Shown: positions 13,672-28,294, counted from the first letter of the stretch. The stretch is 64,000 nucleotides of DNA from Octopus vulgaris (GCA_951406725.2 OX597820.1:23622001-23686000); one strand, 5' to 3'. Notes: generated by a model from the letters alone, not told the origin. Translations and numbers: made by a program.

Positions 13672-14559
13672 CTAGCTGAGGTACCCGGTAATACCCAGGA
13701 GCGAGGATATTCCCAGTACCCATTAGAATGCCTAATTTCTCTCAGACGAAAAATGAAATCACGACATAGGTCAAATAATAGAAGGCATAAGCAAATTCAT
13801 TCACGAAATAATAATATAAATAAATACGTGTGGAATCGGAAAATGACAATCCATTGATTAGATGAGTGGACAGCCGCAAATATATAATCGATGGAAACAC
13901 CAAGAAGGGAACTGTAAAGGAGTGCTTTAAAAAAAAAAAGAACATAAATGTTTGAAAAGTAAACAAAAAATTATTTTGAGAAAAGGCACTTAATTTGACG
14001 ACTGTGTTTCATGGGTATAGTTCCACTGATCGTGAGAATGAAATATCGATTGAAACGGTTATAAGCGATAATTTTAAATGCAGGTGTTGAGAAAATACAT
14101 ATTTCAGCAACCCGAAAATGTTGAAATAATTGATGAACATTTTAACCCCACAACAATTTAGGCCAAATTTCGTTAATCAGTTAATCAAAAATCATATTAC
14201 GCTTTTCTTGAGTGGCCTAGGTAAAAAAATTATTTGTTTCAACCCATCCTTAGCGCATATTCCATCTGGATATAAAATTGCAAGAAAATCGGTTGAAAAC
14301 TTTAAAAGTTATAACAGAAAATAACATCCATGTGAGAATTTGCATTGAAATGCCCTATTGATTTTTGAAAAAATGATGTTGATTAAAGATTATCGATTTT
14401 TTTGAAATTCCAAGTCTGTAAGTGACCGCATAGGCATAAGCCTCCCACACGTGTCAAGTTCCATCAAGATCAGTTGGATAGTCTCGGAGGAGTTAAAGTA
14501 ACACATTTACAAATATATACAGCCACAAACAGACATAAATTGTCATTTATGTATATAGA
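13672..14559 (-). mobile_element. Non-autonomous Helitron, second family
   Basis: Minus strand A|TCtatatac...GC-rich subterminal segment...CTAG|T. Confidence 0.65.
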
Positions 14560-16047
14560 TAAGAATAGGAAGTCTTATATATTTGAAAAAATGAAATAGC
14601 TTTTCTGATAACTTTTCCATTTTAATAATTAGATGTTTCTAAATTTCTTGCTTAAAAGCGGTTTTCAAACTGATATTTTAGAGTTTGTTATTCCTTGTTT
14701 AAATAGGATGTCTTTAATTACAAACATACATACAAACACTACCATACACCTTCACACACACTTGTACATATACAGCAGCTGTTTCTTAACCACACAGCCA
14801 TGGCTGCATTTGTATATGTCTTTATTTTCCTTCATAGTAGAATCATTCTTATCGGAAATACAGAAACAATTATCAAATTTCTTTAAATATATTTCATTAA
14901 AGGCTCTACATTTGTTTTAGTTTATTTCTTTCTATTTTAAAAATTCTTCGTATTGAATCTTTAAAGTTAAGTCTCAATGGATTCAGTCGCCACTCTATTT
15001 CCATTCTTGATCGTCACTTGCTTTCTTTTCTACTTCTCAGTACTGGTTGGTCTCATATCACCTCCACCTAGGTACACTCGAGTAACACATCCAGAACGTT
15101 TAAGGAGAGTGGGATCGTTTGGCAAATCAGTCTGGGTGCCTGGAGGGCGAGGGAGAATGTTCGACAGACACATTCCTCAAAATAAATAAATAAAATTTTG
15201 CATCATTCATTTATTGTGAAAGGATCCCTTCCATGGGATCCCAAAACTGTCACGTTTCGTCTTGTAGAATTTCTTCCAGAGGCTCTACACTTGTCCCTCT
15301 TCTTGTAAACCCATATTTGGTCTTAATGCCACTCCATATTCACAAGCAAAGCACCAGAATACACGATCTTTTCTCCACAGAACATCAGTTAGTCCACTGG
15401 AATTCCTTGACGATGTCTCCTCCTCCACCACGCTGTACAGTTTATTAGCTGCACCAGTTTCACCGGTATTGGACGTCTCTGCAAAACTATGAACACACCC
15501 CTTCCGCCAGACAAAACCTTGATTTTAAAAAAAGACGCTACGACAATTGAAGCCTTTGTTGAACAGTTATTTCACTTTGCAGACAAAGCTAATGTCACTG
15601 GTGAAGATATTTATGACATAACATCCAACGGCGACTAAACTTCGGAATTGTTTTATGTAGAAAAATGCAGCGGGAATCTATTCAAGCTGCGTCAAAGAAA
15701 AGGTTAAATTTATATTAAGAAAGTATGTCATTAAAATATCGCTAAAACTACACATTCTGCCGCCTTCATTTTATTTGCTCATTTTTTAAAATTATATGTT
15801 TGCAGGAAGGCGTTGAGTACACCGATTTTGCCTTTCATCTTTTTTTGGATCGATAAAATAAGTTCTATTTTAGCACTGGATTCGATGTAATCCACTCATA
15901 CCCTTCCCCAAAGATTGCTATCTTTGTGCCAAAATTTGAAACCATTATTTGTTTGTGGGGAAATGGGGAAAGAAAAATATGCACTGTTCTTTGACATTCA
16001 GCTAAATAACTACAAGTAAAGTTTCAGTCACATGTAACCTAAATTGG

Positions 16048-16100
<53 letters not shown>

Positions 16101-16224
16101 CGGCTACCTCTGAAGAGTGCAGGGTTACATAATCGCACTGTTATCTAAACACTGCGTTGAACCCCTAGTGCGAAACCGATTGGAAAGATCGGCCGTAATG
16201 GATATATAATACTATACACTTCGA

Positions 16225-16274
<50 letters not shown>

Positions 16275-16879
16275 ATCTTTTCGCTTTGACCGTCTGATTT
16301 AAAAAATAATTTCTTTGTAAGTAAACACGTTTAAACTTCGTATACTGGTAGAATGTGTCACATAAAACATCTTTTTCTCTTGACGTTCTTAAGAAAATTC
16401 TGCAGTTTATAAGCTATTTGTTGTTAAATTTCTTGTATTTCGGTAATTTCAACCAATCAATGACGTCTATTGAGGTGAATACAATTACTGTAATATATAT
16501 ATATTACTGTACACACACACACACACATACACACACGTGTTATATTCTATAAAATTTTGAGAATTTTTTTTACGCATACATTTCTTGTTTGGTAAAAAAA
16601 AAAACTTCGGATTTATAAGATCTACTTTATATTCTACAAGGTTGTTAGCTTCCTTTGATATTCAAATATGAATGTTTGAGTTCTAAAAGCCAAGTTAGTT
16701 GTTTTTTGTCAACAACAATACGAAACATGGTAATGTTTATCAAAGCATCTCTGACATCAGCTGATGGTGCAGGTGATAGCCTAAGAAACGTTTAATTTTA
16801 GTGCCGAAAATTTCCTTCCAAACAAACATTCAAGAACTTCCTGGGGAAAACGTATAGAAAGGAAGTTGAGATTCAACTC

Positions 16880-16972
16880 GGCGGCGGCGGCGGTGGTGGT
16901 GACGGTGGTTGTGGTGGCGGTGGTGGTGACAGTGGTTGTGGTGGCAGTGGTGGTGGCAGCGATGGCGGCAGG
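16880..16972. repeat. (GGC/GGT)n trinucleotide tract
   Basis: Directly visible; flanked by aggaagtt motifs. Confidence 0.9.
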
Positions 16973-18500
16973 GATGTTTTAGTTTATTGCAACAGGAAGT
17001 TATGTGTTTTCAGTCTTACGTTTGATAAAATAATTTTCATAATAATGTTTTTCTCTTTCTCTGAGAATTACTTCTCGTTTCATACACATGTATTCATCTG
17101 TTGTAATTAAATATTGGTTACAAATTTTGGCACAAGTCCAGTAATTACGGTTGCAGAAGTTTGTCGATTAGTATCGATCCCACTGTTCAACTGGTACTTA
17201 TTTTATTGACTCCGAAAGGACGAAAGACAAAGTCGACCTTGGCGAAATTTGAACACAGAACGTAGAGACGGACAAAATGCTGCTTACGATTCAGTCACCT
17301 CGCGGCCTTCAGTTGTAATAAAATATTCAATTTAAATTTTGGCACAAGGCCAGCAATTTCAGGGGAGGGGTTTTGTCGATGACATCGATCCTTATGCTCA
17401 ACTGGTACTTATTTTATCGACCCCGAAAGGATGAAAGGCAAATTCGACCTCGGCGGAATTTAAAGTTGTAATGAAATATTGTGAAGTGAAATGTTAAAGT
17501 GTTATTAATGAAACATATCTGAAGATAATTTCCCTTTTTGCTGAAAATTCAACATGTTGCCACAACACATACTTAAACAATGTTATTCCCGCCTCAAAGA
17601 TATTTGCACAGCAATGTAAATAGATAGCTTAAACTGTGATATACACTGAATCTTACCTTTATCTTATGGTGTAAAGAAGGTGAAATCCATAACCACTGAA
17701 GTTGAGAGAAAAGCAAACTCAGAGTGTGCGTGCGTGCGTGCGTGCGTGTGTGTGTGCGTGTGTTCTTTTACTTGTTTCAGTCATTTGGACCCTCGGACTT
17801 ATTTTTCTTTTTTAAGCCTAGTACTTATTCTATTGCTTTCTTTTGCCGACATATTAATGTTGCGTGAAAATACCCCCCCCCCCAAAAAAAATCCCAGTTG
17901 TCAAGCGATAGGGGGAAAACACAGATATAAAGGCACACACACTCAGTTATATATCTATATCTATATATCTATTTCTTTACTACCCACAAGAGGCTAAACA
18001 CAGAGAAGACAAACAAACGGATTAAGTCGATTATATATATATCGGCGTAGCTTGGGTTTTGCCACCCTCTTCCTTAATCATAACTTAATGCGTTCGAGTA
18101 TCACGTCTACATCGTGAGCTACATTAACGATTATGTTTATCAATAAGTGACTTTTGTAGTAATATTCCATACAAACATATTGAAAATTGCGTATAAAATT
18201 TTAAATTTGAGATAACAATGAAAGGCATTCTTTTTCTTAATCCTTTTTTTTTTTTAAGAACATATTACATCTTTAGCTAGAAGGTTGTGTCTCTGGCCCT
18301 TTTACAGCAAATCTCGCTTCTCGTGAATTGCATATAAAATTATGAAAATAATACCAAAAACGAGCTTTCAATTAACAGCGACACTTTATTCTTCAGCTAA
18401 ATAAAATTATACAACGAACCAGATAACTACAGTCGAACTCAGTTACACATCCTTCTGCAGGAACGAAAATATGTGTCATAGCTTCCTAAAAACAAACTCT

Positions 18501-19108
18501 GGATCATTTCCTTTTGAACGGCAGATGTTAACACAATTTCTAGTTAACCAAACACTTTTAAACTTCGTATACAGGTAGAATGTGTTTATAAAACATCTTT
18601 TTCTCTTGGTTTTATTGAGAAAATTCTATAGTTGGTAAGATATTTCGTCTGAAAATCCGAGCATTTCGGCAATTTTAACCAATCGATTACCTCCATTCAA
18701 CTAAAATCATTTGCTGCGTCTAAAACTGAGACAACATCCTGTAACTAACCCTAAACCTCCCCCTAACCCTAACCCTAATTTTTTTCTTAATTGTTAAATT
18801 AATTTAATTCCATTGCTTTAGTTTTTTTTTACACGCGTAACAATTAAGAAAAAAAAATTTAGGGTTAGGGTTAGGGTTAGTTACAGGATGTTGTCTCAGT
18901 TTTAGACGCAGCAAATGATTTTAGCTCAAAAGAGAGCATAGGATTGGTTAAAATTCGAAAAATTAAACTACGTTAAACAAACAATTTACAATTTTCTCAA
19001 GAAAGCCAAGAGAAAAAAATGTTTTATTTTGACACATTCTACCAGTATACGAAGTTTTAAAGTGTTTAGTTTACTAGAAATTGTCTGCCGTTCAAAAGGA
19101 AAATATCC
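18501..19108. mobile_element. Fold-back MITE (GGATC...GATCC-type ends, ~8-bp TSD) with internal TAACCC/GGGTTA repeats
   Basis: Arms of about 300 bp; flanks caaactct/ctaactct. Confidence 0.85.
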
Positions 19109-19683
19109 CTAACTCTTCCCCCTGATAAAATGATAAACTTCATGCTATTTATTAACAAGAAATGACTCAAACCGACATTTAGAATTTGACGCGTTTGGTA
19201 GTATATTGCACAACGCGATTGAATATGCACTCCGTATCCCAGTAAAACTAGACCGATCCAAATGCCTAACTTGACAATCATTAGAGACTTGCGCGTGGAG
19301 CTGTTTTGAGAGTACTTAAGTCTAAACATGCAATTATAAAATTAGTCTCGCTACACATATATTGCTGATGCTTTTATCCAATAGTGTTCTTGCAGGTCGA
19401 GAAAAGCTCTTGTGACCCAAATGTCTATTTGGTTCCAGAGAATGTTGTTGTAGGTGTCCAAACATTTATTTATTCGCAAACATAAATCACTGGAGAATAA
19501 TATTTCTGTAGAATGCTCGATTGGTCACCAGCAAAGTTAGATTTCCAAAGATTGACAATAATCGCATTAAGAACAAGGAAAGTCACTGCATATATATAAC
19601 CATATTAACCTGTACTTGAATGTGTAGTTCAGTCCTATCTGAAAGGGATCAGTTGCTGAGTTCACAATTAGAATGAAGCCCCA

Positions 19684-20101
19684 AGGCGGCGAGCTGACAG
19701 AAACGTTAGCACGCCGGGCGAAATGCGTAGCCGTACTTCGTCTGCTGTTACGTTCTGAGTTCAAATTCCGCCGAGGTCGACTTTGCCTTTCATCCTTTCG
19801 GGGGTCGATAAATTAAGTACCAGTTAAGCACTGGCGTCGAAATAATCGACTTAATCCGTTTGTCTGTCCTTGTTTGTCCCCTCTGTGTTTAGTACCTTGT
19901 GGGTAGTAAAGAAATAGGTATTTCGTCTGCCGTTACATTCTGAGTTCAAATTCCGCTGAGGTCGACTTTGCCTTTCATCCTTTCAGGGTCGATAAAATAA
20001 GTACCGGTTACGCACTGGGGTCGACGTAATCGACTTAATCCGTATGTCTGTCTTTCTTTGTCCCCTCTATCTTTAGCCCCTTGTGGGCAATAAAGAAATA
20101 A
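19684..20101 (+). mobile_element. SINE family B (ggcggcgagctg...gcctttcatcctttcggggtcgataaa), dimeric
   Basis: Many copies: ~21751-21950(-), 23580-24133(-, trimeric), 30680-30890(+), 17120-17460(-), 62040-62241(-) and 62556-62955(+). Confidence 0.85.
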
Positions 20102-20711
20102 GAATGAAGCCCCCAAAGATTTAGGCTACATCACAACTGTCTAACGGTAGATCGTGTGCAGATTGTGGGGTTGGATGGGGGAAAGTTTTATTTCTCTGTC
20201 TAGCTGTGTTCTAAGTGACTCTGTAAATTTCAGTTTCTCAAGATTGGTACTGAGGCAATTAGTAGGTAGTAAAGTGCTTCAGCACTTTAGGTAGTAAAGT
20301 GCTCCAGTAATTAATAGTGGAAATCTAAAGTCCTAGGTCCGTATGAAGTATCTGCAGTATCCTTTAGCATTATACTGACATCAGCTGGCTAACTGAGTTC
20401 AACTACTGTACCTAATTTCTTTTCTCTGTTTCAGATTATTATCTATGGTCTGTTGCGCTGGCATTTATTGAAAGCTTGGCAGGGACGTCCCATCTGTATT
20501 CTTATGAATTATGTGTTTATGCCCCACCGCCCACTTCACCACGACATATCACAGTAGCTTCTTATACCTGTCTCTACAGGACTGTCTGCACGTGTGTATG
20601 TGAATATGTCTGTCTGTCAGAATATCTATCTGTCTATATCTCTATCTGCCAGCATATCCGTCTGTTAGTATGCTTATTCATCAGTATATCTGTCCTGTAT
20701 ATCTATATGTA

Positions 20712-21095
20712 GTGGAGGCGCAATGGCCCAGTGGTTAGGGCAGCGGACTCGCGGTCATAGGATCGTGGTTTCGATTCCCAGACCGGGCGTTGTGAGTGTT
20801 TATTGAGCGAAAACACCTAAAGCTCCACGAGGCTCCGGCAGGGGATGGTGGTGATCCCTGCTGTACTCTTTCACCACAACTTTCTCTCACTCTTACTTCC
20901 TGTTTCTGTTGTACCTGTATTTCAAAGGGCCGGCCTTGTCACTCTCTGTGTCACGCTGAATATCCCCGAGAACTATGTTAAGGGTACACGTGTCTGTGGA
21001 GTGCTCAGCCACTTACACGTTAATTTCACGAGCAGGCTGTTCCGTTGATTCGGATCAACCGGAACCCTTGTCGTCGTAACCGACGGAGTGCTTCC
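20712..21095 (+). mobile_element. tRNA-derived SINE family C (gtggaggcgcaatggcccagtggttaggg)
   Basis: A box and B box-like head. Copies at 11941-12240, 25838-26138, 39853-40170 and 40466-40615(-), with two different tails. Confidence 0.85.
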
Positions 21096-22565
21096 ATTCC
21101 ATTTCCTAATGTCCGTCATGACATAAGCTTTTACAGAACAGAAGGGGATCAAACGGCCATCGCGAACCACATGTTTTGGATTGGACAGAAACAGGTTTTG
21201 CACGATTCACCAAACAACAACTTTTAACTAATGATATGCTCTTATTAAATCACATGACTATTCAAGATATTCTCAGAAACGGAAGAATTTTTAAAACTTA
21301 TAATTTGTTTGCCGCCAGGCAATTTGTATAAGTATCGCGATGGTTGTGTGTGTAAATTGTTCAGCAGACCGTGACGGATATTACTAGTTAGACAGAGCTA
21401 GTGTATGGAAAAGCACATAGCTGCTACAATTATATATATATATCAAAGTAAGCAACGAGGATATCCAGTGGTAATGCAATACGACCTCTGGATATCCTTG
21501 TTGCTTATTTTGATTTTATTCACCTTATTTTGAAATTGTATAGATAATACCGTTCTAAATTCCGGTGCCTCAACTTAAGTACCTAATTCGTCTGAATCTC
21601 TGTCTCTCTCTCTCTCTCTCGAGGTTCAGATATAAATACGTTGTAGAGAAATTTATTATTCTAAATTCAATTTAGTCTTCAATTGGGATACAATTTATTC
21701 TTCAGTTGGGAAATCAATTCGCAATACAAAATAATAATAATAGTAATTTATTTCTTTATTGCCCGCAGGGAGCTAAACATATGGGTACAAACAAGGACAG
21801 ACAAACGGATTAATTCGACCATATCGACCCTAGTGCGTAACTGGTACTTATTTAATCGACCCCGAAAGGATGAAAGGCAAAGTCGACCTCGGCGGAATTT
21901 GAACTCAGAACGTAAAAGTAAGCATTTCGCCCGGCGTACTAACGATTCTAACACGAAAAATTTTATCATATGTTCATTTACAAATGCAACCAAGTCTGTG
22001 ATGTCATTATTTGTTTCTCTTGCTATTTCTTTTGAAGTTAAATCACTAATTTGACGGTTTATTTTTGGCAGCCCAGAGCCACAATCTAGCAAATTTTTGC
22101 CTCCCATGGCCAAAACTTCAATTTCAATCTGTGTTTGGTAAAAATTTGTTTCAGAGAACTGAATATTGATATCTGGGTTTGGCTGTTGAACTGCATACTT
22201 TAAGTCCACAGCCATGTCCTCACGATGTTTCATCCAAAGCTGTAGGGGACTGCCAAGTTGACACGTGTTCAGTATAATTGCAAAAAGGTTATGGAGTTAC
22301 CTTGGAGAATCTGATACTGATGCTTCAGTCAATGCAAGGTTCCAATGCTCATCATATTCTTTAAAAAAACCTTGTTGATAGTGTAGCAATATTGAACTAA
22401 CCAAAGCTGTTTGTAATCTCGACCGAGGTCATTCTTAATACTCTTCTCAAACAGTGAAGATAGCAATAAGAGACGATATTGCTACATAATAGCATGCTTC
22501 CATATATGTTTCACACATATGACCATTTATCCTCTTCTAATGTTGGAATGATTTGGGACCACGTA

Positions 22566-23077
22566 CCGTAAATCCTCGAGTATAGTCCTCCCTTGAGTAT
22601 AATATGCCTGGGATTTTTAGGGGGCTGTACCTCTGAAATACCTAAACCTTGTGTATAATACGCACCCCTTCTCTAACTTGAGTCAAGGAGGTCTGTATAA
22701 CGTCCTTGGTTTATAAAAATGTATACGGTAACGTCCTTTATTATTGTTGTATATATAACATAATACAAACGTGTAGCTTTTTTGGGCATTTTGTTTGCAG
22801 AAAATAAAGAAATAACAGTAATAACGTTTAATAAATGTTGTTTACTGCAAGTTATGGGTGATTCTTTTATGACTTCATTGCTTTTGGGCTTAGCTTTAGG
22901 TATTTTCGCGCCCGACATTACAAAATGCGTCTGAATAAACATTGCCGGACAGCAAATCGAGACTCAGACGTTGCTTAGAAAATAATTTTCATTTTTAACC
23001 CCGTATATAGTACGCACTAGGGATTTTGACCGTTAAATTTTGGGGAAAAAATGCGTATTATACTCGAAGATGTACGG
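22566..23077. mobile_element. pogo/Tigger-like MITE with TA TSD inserted in the Helitron
   Basis: TA|ccgtaaatcctcgagtata ... tatactcgaagatgtacgg|TA; removing it rejoins the Helitron coding motif. Confidence 0.85.
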
Positions 23078-24265
23078 TACTTCATGCAAAAAGAGCCATA
23101 AGTAGTAGCATTCTGCTTGGCTTGGGTAGGGACAATGTAAACTCTTGCAAGAGTGTCGGCCCTTTTCCACTCGTGTCATCTATTGTTTCTGCAGGTGTAA
23201 TACTTCGGTAATTGTGGGTAAAGGAGTTTTCTTGCATCTACATCTACTTGACACAACTTAAAAATGGCAGTAAGGGTAGCTTCTTTAGGAGAAAGTGCTT
23301 GTTGCAAGGTTGTTTGTTTTGTAAAGATAACCAGTGGCCATTCTCTAGATGGATACTCAGATGAATGATGGCTGGGTACCTCTCATGATTGGGAAAATTG
23401 AAGATGCACCAAAAAACCTCATTGGTACAGATGTATCTTCCTCTCTCATCCTCTACAACTTCGTCATTTTTATTTGTCTGCTGACTGCCATTCTGCATAA
23501 GAGTATATGTGGCAGCATCTAAACCTGTGTTTAGATATTTGCAAACATGCTTAATAGAGTTAACAGAGTTGCAGAATTCTTATTTCTTTATTGCCCACAA
23601 GGGGCTAAACATAGAGGGGACAAACAAGAACAGACAAAGGGATTAAGTTGATTAGATCGACCCCAGTGCGTAACTGGTACTTACTTTATCGACCCCGAAA
23701 GGATGAAAGGCAAAGTCAACCTCGGCGGAATTTGAACTCAGAACATAACGACAGACGAAATAGCTATTTCTTTTCTACCCACAAGGAGGTAAACACAGAG
23801 GAGACAAACAAGGACAGAGAGACGGATTAAATCGATTATATCGACCCCAGTTCGTAACTGGTACTTATTTAATCGACCCCGAAAGGATGAAAGGCAAAGT
23901 CGACCTCGGCGGAAATTGAACTCAGAACGTAGCGGCAACCGAAATACCCATTTCTTTACTACCCACAAGGGGCTAAACACAGGGAAACGGATTAAGTCGA
24001 TTACATCGACTCCAGTGCCTAACTGGTACTTAATTTATCGACCCCGAAAGGATGAAAGGCAAAGTCGACCTCGGCGGAAATTGAACTCAGAACGTAACGG
24101 CAGCCGAAATACCGCTAAGCATTCCAACTGGCGTACGTGTGCTCGTCTTTGCTTCACTGTAGAATACTGATCATCTACATCTACCTCAACTCCTCTTGTA
24201 GTGAATGAGAACATTGTTCTCGGAAACTTTTTCGAAAATTAAAATGGGTATTAAATGAAAAAATG

Positions 24266-24948
24266 GGATCTTTTCCTTTTGAACGGCAGTTTTCAACACA
24301 ATTTCTAGTTAACTAAACACTTTTAAACTTCGTATACTGGTAGAATGTGTCAAAATAAAACATTTTTTTCTCTTGGCTTTCTTGAGAAAATTGTAATTTG
24401 TAAGTTTAACGTAGTTTAATTTTTCGAATTTTAACCAATCGATGGCCTCTGTTGAGCTAAAATCATTTGCTGCGTCTAAAACTGAGACAACATCCTGTCA
24501 CTAACCCTAACCCTAACCCTAAATTTTAGCCTTTCGTTTTTTTTCTTAATTGTTAAATTAATTTAATTATTACGCGTGTGTCTAAAATTATTCGTTTTGT
24601 TTTTGTTTTGAGTTTTTGCTTTCGTTTTTTTTTTTCTTAAATGTTAAATTAATTTAAGGATAACAATTAAGAAAAAAAAAACGAAAGGCTAAAATTTAGG
24701 GTTAGGATTAGGGCTAGGGTTAGTGTTAGGGTTAGGGTTAGTGTTTGGGTTAGGGTTAGGGTTAGTGACAGGATGCTGTCTCAGTTTTAGACGCAGCAAA
24801 TGTTTTTAGCTCAATAGAGGCCATCGATTGGTTAAAATTCGAAAAATTAAACTACGTTAAACTTACAAATTACAATTTTCTCAAGAAAGCCAAGAGAAAA
24901 AAATGTTTTATTTTGTGTTGAAAACTGCCGTTCAAAAGGAAAAGATAC
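24266..24948. mobile_element. Fold-back MITE, same family, with telomere-like core
   Basis: ggatcttttccttttgaacggcag ... ctgccgttcaaaaggaaaagatac; (TAACCC)n near 24503 and (TTAGGG)n at 24696-24765. Confidence 0.85.
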
Positions 24949-27119
24949 GTTATTTGTTCCCGAAAAATGGCAGGAAAATGTTACTGAGGTTTAATGTTTA
25001 ATCAATTTTACCTAATCAGAAAACAGGATTTGGAAGCTGGCATTTTCTGCATGATAGCTGTCTATCACAAAATGAATGCAAAATCATTAGGAGGAATTTT
25101 TATTAAATAAACGAAAGCTAAGCATTACGACGAACAAAGTTGTAAGGACTTCTGAAGTTTTAATAAATTCTAATGAATAAAGTCATATGAATCGGCCGAA
25201 AAGATATGTAAATGATTTTAAAAGGAAAAAACACCTCATCGAAGTTTTTTTTTTGCGAAAATTGCTCAAATTTATCCTTTTCAAAAGGCCTATTTGTCGG
25301 GGAAGGCATGGTCCGACATGGAATAAAGAAGAATTTATGTAAGACATTCTATTGTAAAAATTGCCCGCCAACGATGGGCTATTCAGCTAGTATATTACAA
25401 TTTAGCAAAAACTTCGAATTTAAAGAACTCGAAATTTGAAAACAAAAAATGCTTAATCTATAAAAATAATATTCAATATCTTAATATGATTGAAATTTAC
25501 TATAGCTAAACTAGTTTGAAATAACTATTTAAAAATTCAGTGAAAGTAAGAATTATATTTATAAACACAGCATCTTTTTTTATCCACAAAATCAAATGCC
25601 AAAAATTGAATTGATAAGAGAAACTAAGTTGTCCCCCTTAGAATATTTCTTTTTAATAGGAAACTCTTACTGCAGTGGATCTCTCTATCAGCCTTCCAGA
25701 AGTCCAGGATCTCCAGAAATCTGGGCACACCATGCAATACCGTTCATACCCTGTACCCTGCACTGAATAAGCAAACTCTCTTTTTGAAGTTGGTTAATTT
25801 GCATACAGTGTGTTAATCTGTACCGGTATCTGTTGAATGTGGAGGCGCAATGGCCCAGTAGTTAGGGCAGCGGACTCGCGGTCATAGGATCGCAGTTTCG
25901 ATTCCCAGACCGGGCGTTGTGAGTGTTTATTGAGCGAAAACACCTAAAGCTCCACGAGGCTCCTGCAGGGGATGGTGGTGATCCCTGCTGTACTCTTTCA
26001 CCACAACTTTCTCTCACTCTTACTTCCTGTTTCTGTTGTACCTGTATTTCAAAGGGCCGGCCTTGTCACTCTGTGTCACGCTGAATATCCCCGAGAACTA
26101 CGTTAAGGGTGCACGTCGTAACCGACGGAGTGCTTCCATCTGTTGAATAAAATCGTTCCTATTTTTCTTCTTTCAGTTTTCATCCCATAAACAGTATACT
26201 GTACACCTGGAATAGTATGATATATTTTATGAATTCTTAATAGATTAACAAACTCTAAATAAACGGTGCTTTAGAAGTGCATTTATTTAAATCTGCTAAA
26301 CACAATTTTGCTCTTTACTTTTCATACTGTATTTTATATTTCATATAGGCGTGGCTGTATGGTAAGAAGCTTGTTTCCCAACCACATGGTTCCAGGTTCA
26401 GTCCCACTGCATGGCACCTTGGGCAAGTGTCTTCTTCTATGGCCACGGGCCGACCAAAGCCTTGTGAGTGGATTTGGTAGACGGAAATTGAAAGAAGCCT
26501 CTCGTATATATATGTATGTGTGTGTGTGTGTGTCTGTCTGTGTTTGCCCCCCCCTCACTATCGCTGACAATCGATGTTGGTGTGTTTACGTTCCCATAAT
26601 GTAGCGGTTCGGCAAACGAGACCGATAGAATAAGTACTAAGCTTACAAATAATAAGTCCTGGGGCCGATTTCTTCGACTAAAAAAAACTCTTTAAGACGG
26701 TGCTCCAACATGGCCGCAGTCAAATGACTGTGATAAATAAAAAGTACATATATTTTTTCAAGGTCTCTAGAAAACCAAAAGATCCGAAGCCCCGGGACAT
26801 TTCTTGTCCCCATTTCTCCTTTTTGCCGGATCGTTGCTCCGGTGCTGTGTTATAAAAACGTCATTAGAATGATTAAATTATTTGTTGTCTAAAAGGATAT
26901 GTAAGAAATCAATATTATTCTCGGCAATCCTTCGGTATTAGTATACAACGTCGTTCAACCACACAACGTTCTCTCATGACGTAAATAAAGAGGTTAGGCT
27001 GAAAAAGAGGATTAACGACGTTGTCTATTAATCTTTTCTGCTCAAGGTACTAGGCCCGAAATTTTGGGAGAAGGGGCCAGTCAATTAGATCGATCTCAGT
27101 ACGCAACTGACCTGGCCCC

Positions 27120-27815
27120 TTGGAAAGGAAGCTTTGCTGTTTGAAGAGAATTGTGGAAAACGAACCCCGTTCAAAAGCTTCTGATATTGCAAAACAGCTA
27201 AAAGTTAGTCCAAGAACGTGTGTTACATATCTGCATAAGCTTTGGGTATTATGGACAAGCCGCTAGAAGAAAACCTCTCCTTCAACCAATTAATATCATG
27301 AAAAGAAAGAAATGAGGAGATGCCAGAAAAATCCAGTTCATTTTGGGATAGAGTGATTTTCTCAGATGAATTTGCATTATTTTTAGACAGTAGATGCGTT
27401 TGGGTCTGGAGGCTTCCCAATCAAGAATTTGATTTGAAACGACTCCAACCAACTGTGAAACATGGTGGTATCTCTATAATGGTATCGGGAGCTGTCACCA
27501 GCAATACTCGTTCAGAGCTGATTGAATGTGTTGGAACCATAAACTCTGGAAAATACATCGAAATACTTAAGCAAGGACTACTTCAACGAAAAATGAGTTT
27601 TTATTCATGGAAGATGGGACTCCATGCCACACAGCGAAAAGGAATCAACAACGGCTGACTGAAAATGGGATGAAAAAGCTTCCTTTGCCGAGCAAATCTC
27701 CTGACATGGACCCAATTGAAAATCTTTGAAGCATACGAGATAGAGCAAGGTGAATTCTTTCGATTGTTGCATGAAAAGTGGGCAGAAATCCCACAAAGCT
27801 CATCAGTTCAATGCC
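27120..27815 (+). mobile_element. Tc1-family transposase pseudogene (DD34E-type)
   Basis: [54 protein letters not shown]; frameshifted. Confidence 0.9.
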
Positions 27816-27819
27816 AAAA

Positions 27820-28294
27820 AGACATGACATGTCGGGTGGATTTGCCAGAGGGGCAGATTCAACCCATAACATTACATGACATTCAGGGATTTGCCATAGG
27901 GGCAGACCCAATCCATAACATTACATGACATGTCGGAGATTCGCCAGAGGGGCAGACCCAACCAATAACATTACATGACATGTCGAGGATTCGCCAGAGG
28001 GGCAGGCCCAACCCATAACATTACATGACATGTCAGGGATTTGCCATAGGGGCAGACCCAATCCATAACATTACATGGCATGTCGGAGATTCGCCAGAGG
28101 GGCAGACCCAATCAATAACATTATTTGACATGTCGGAGATTCGCCAGAGGGGCCGGGCCAATCCATAACATTACATGACAGGTCACGGATTCGCCAGAAG
28201 GGCAGACCCAATTAAAAACATTACATGACATGTCACGTATTCGTCAGAGAGGCAAACCCAATCCATAACATTACATGACATATCGGGGATTCGT
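27820..28294. repeat. 50-bp minisatellite, ~9.5 copies
   Basis: ggcagaccca-like motif at 27852, 27901, 27951, 28001, 28051, 28101, 28151, 28201 and 28251. Confidence 0.95.

Larger units (their letters stand above)
21955..25830 (-). mobile_element. Fragmented autonomous Helitron (Rep/Hel) remnant with nested insertions
   Basis: EFCNSVNSIKHVCKYLNTGLD (Rep motif), GRYICTNEVFWCIFNFPNHERYPAIIHLSIHLENG, LHEVRGP.SF across the MITE junction, and KHREDM...MGGKNL...GLP. The outer boundary is approximate. Confidence 0.8.

Noticed and set aside
16101-16198. CTGAAGA...GAAAC with long stem II between TA tracts
   Set aside because: Probably a decayed hammerhead, but stem I and the cleavage site could not be assigned, so it was not counted.
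16880-16972. Gly-rich coding exon
   Set aside because: No supporting ORF or splice sites; simple trinucleotide repeat.
24503-24765. Chromosome end or telomere fusion site
   Set aside because: The repeats are short, sit inside MITE arms, and are in CCCTAA-then-TTAGGG order rather than fusion order.
27820-28294. CRISPR-like appearance of the 50-bp array (also the 62-bp array at 49093-49677)
   Set aside because: Whole units repeat with no unique spacers, there are no cas genes, and the context is eukaryotic.
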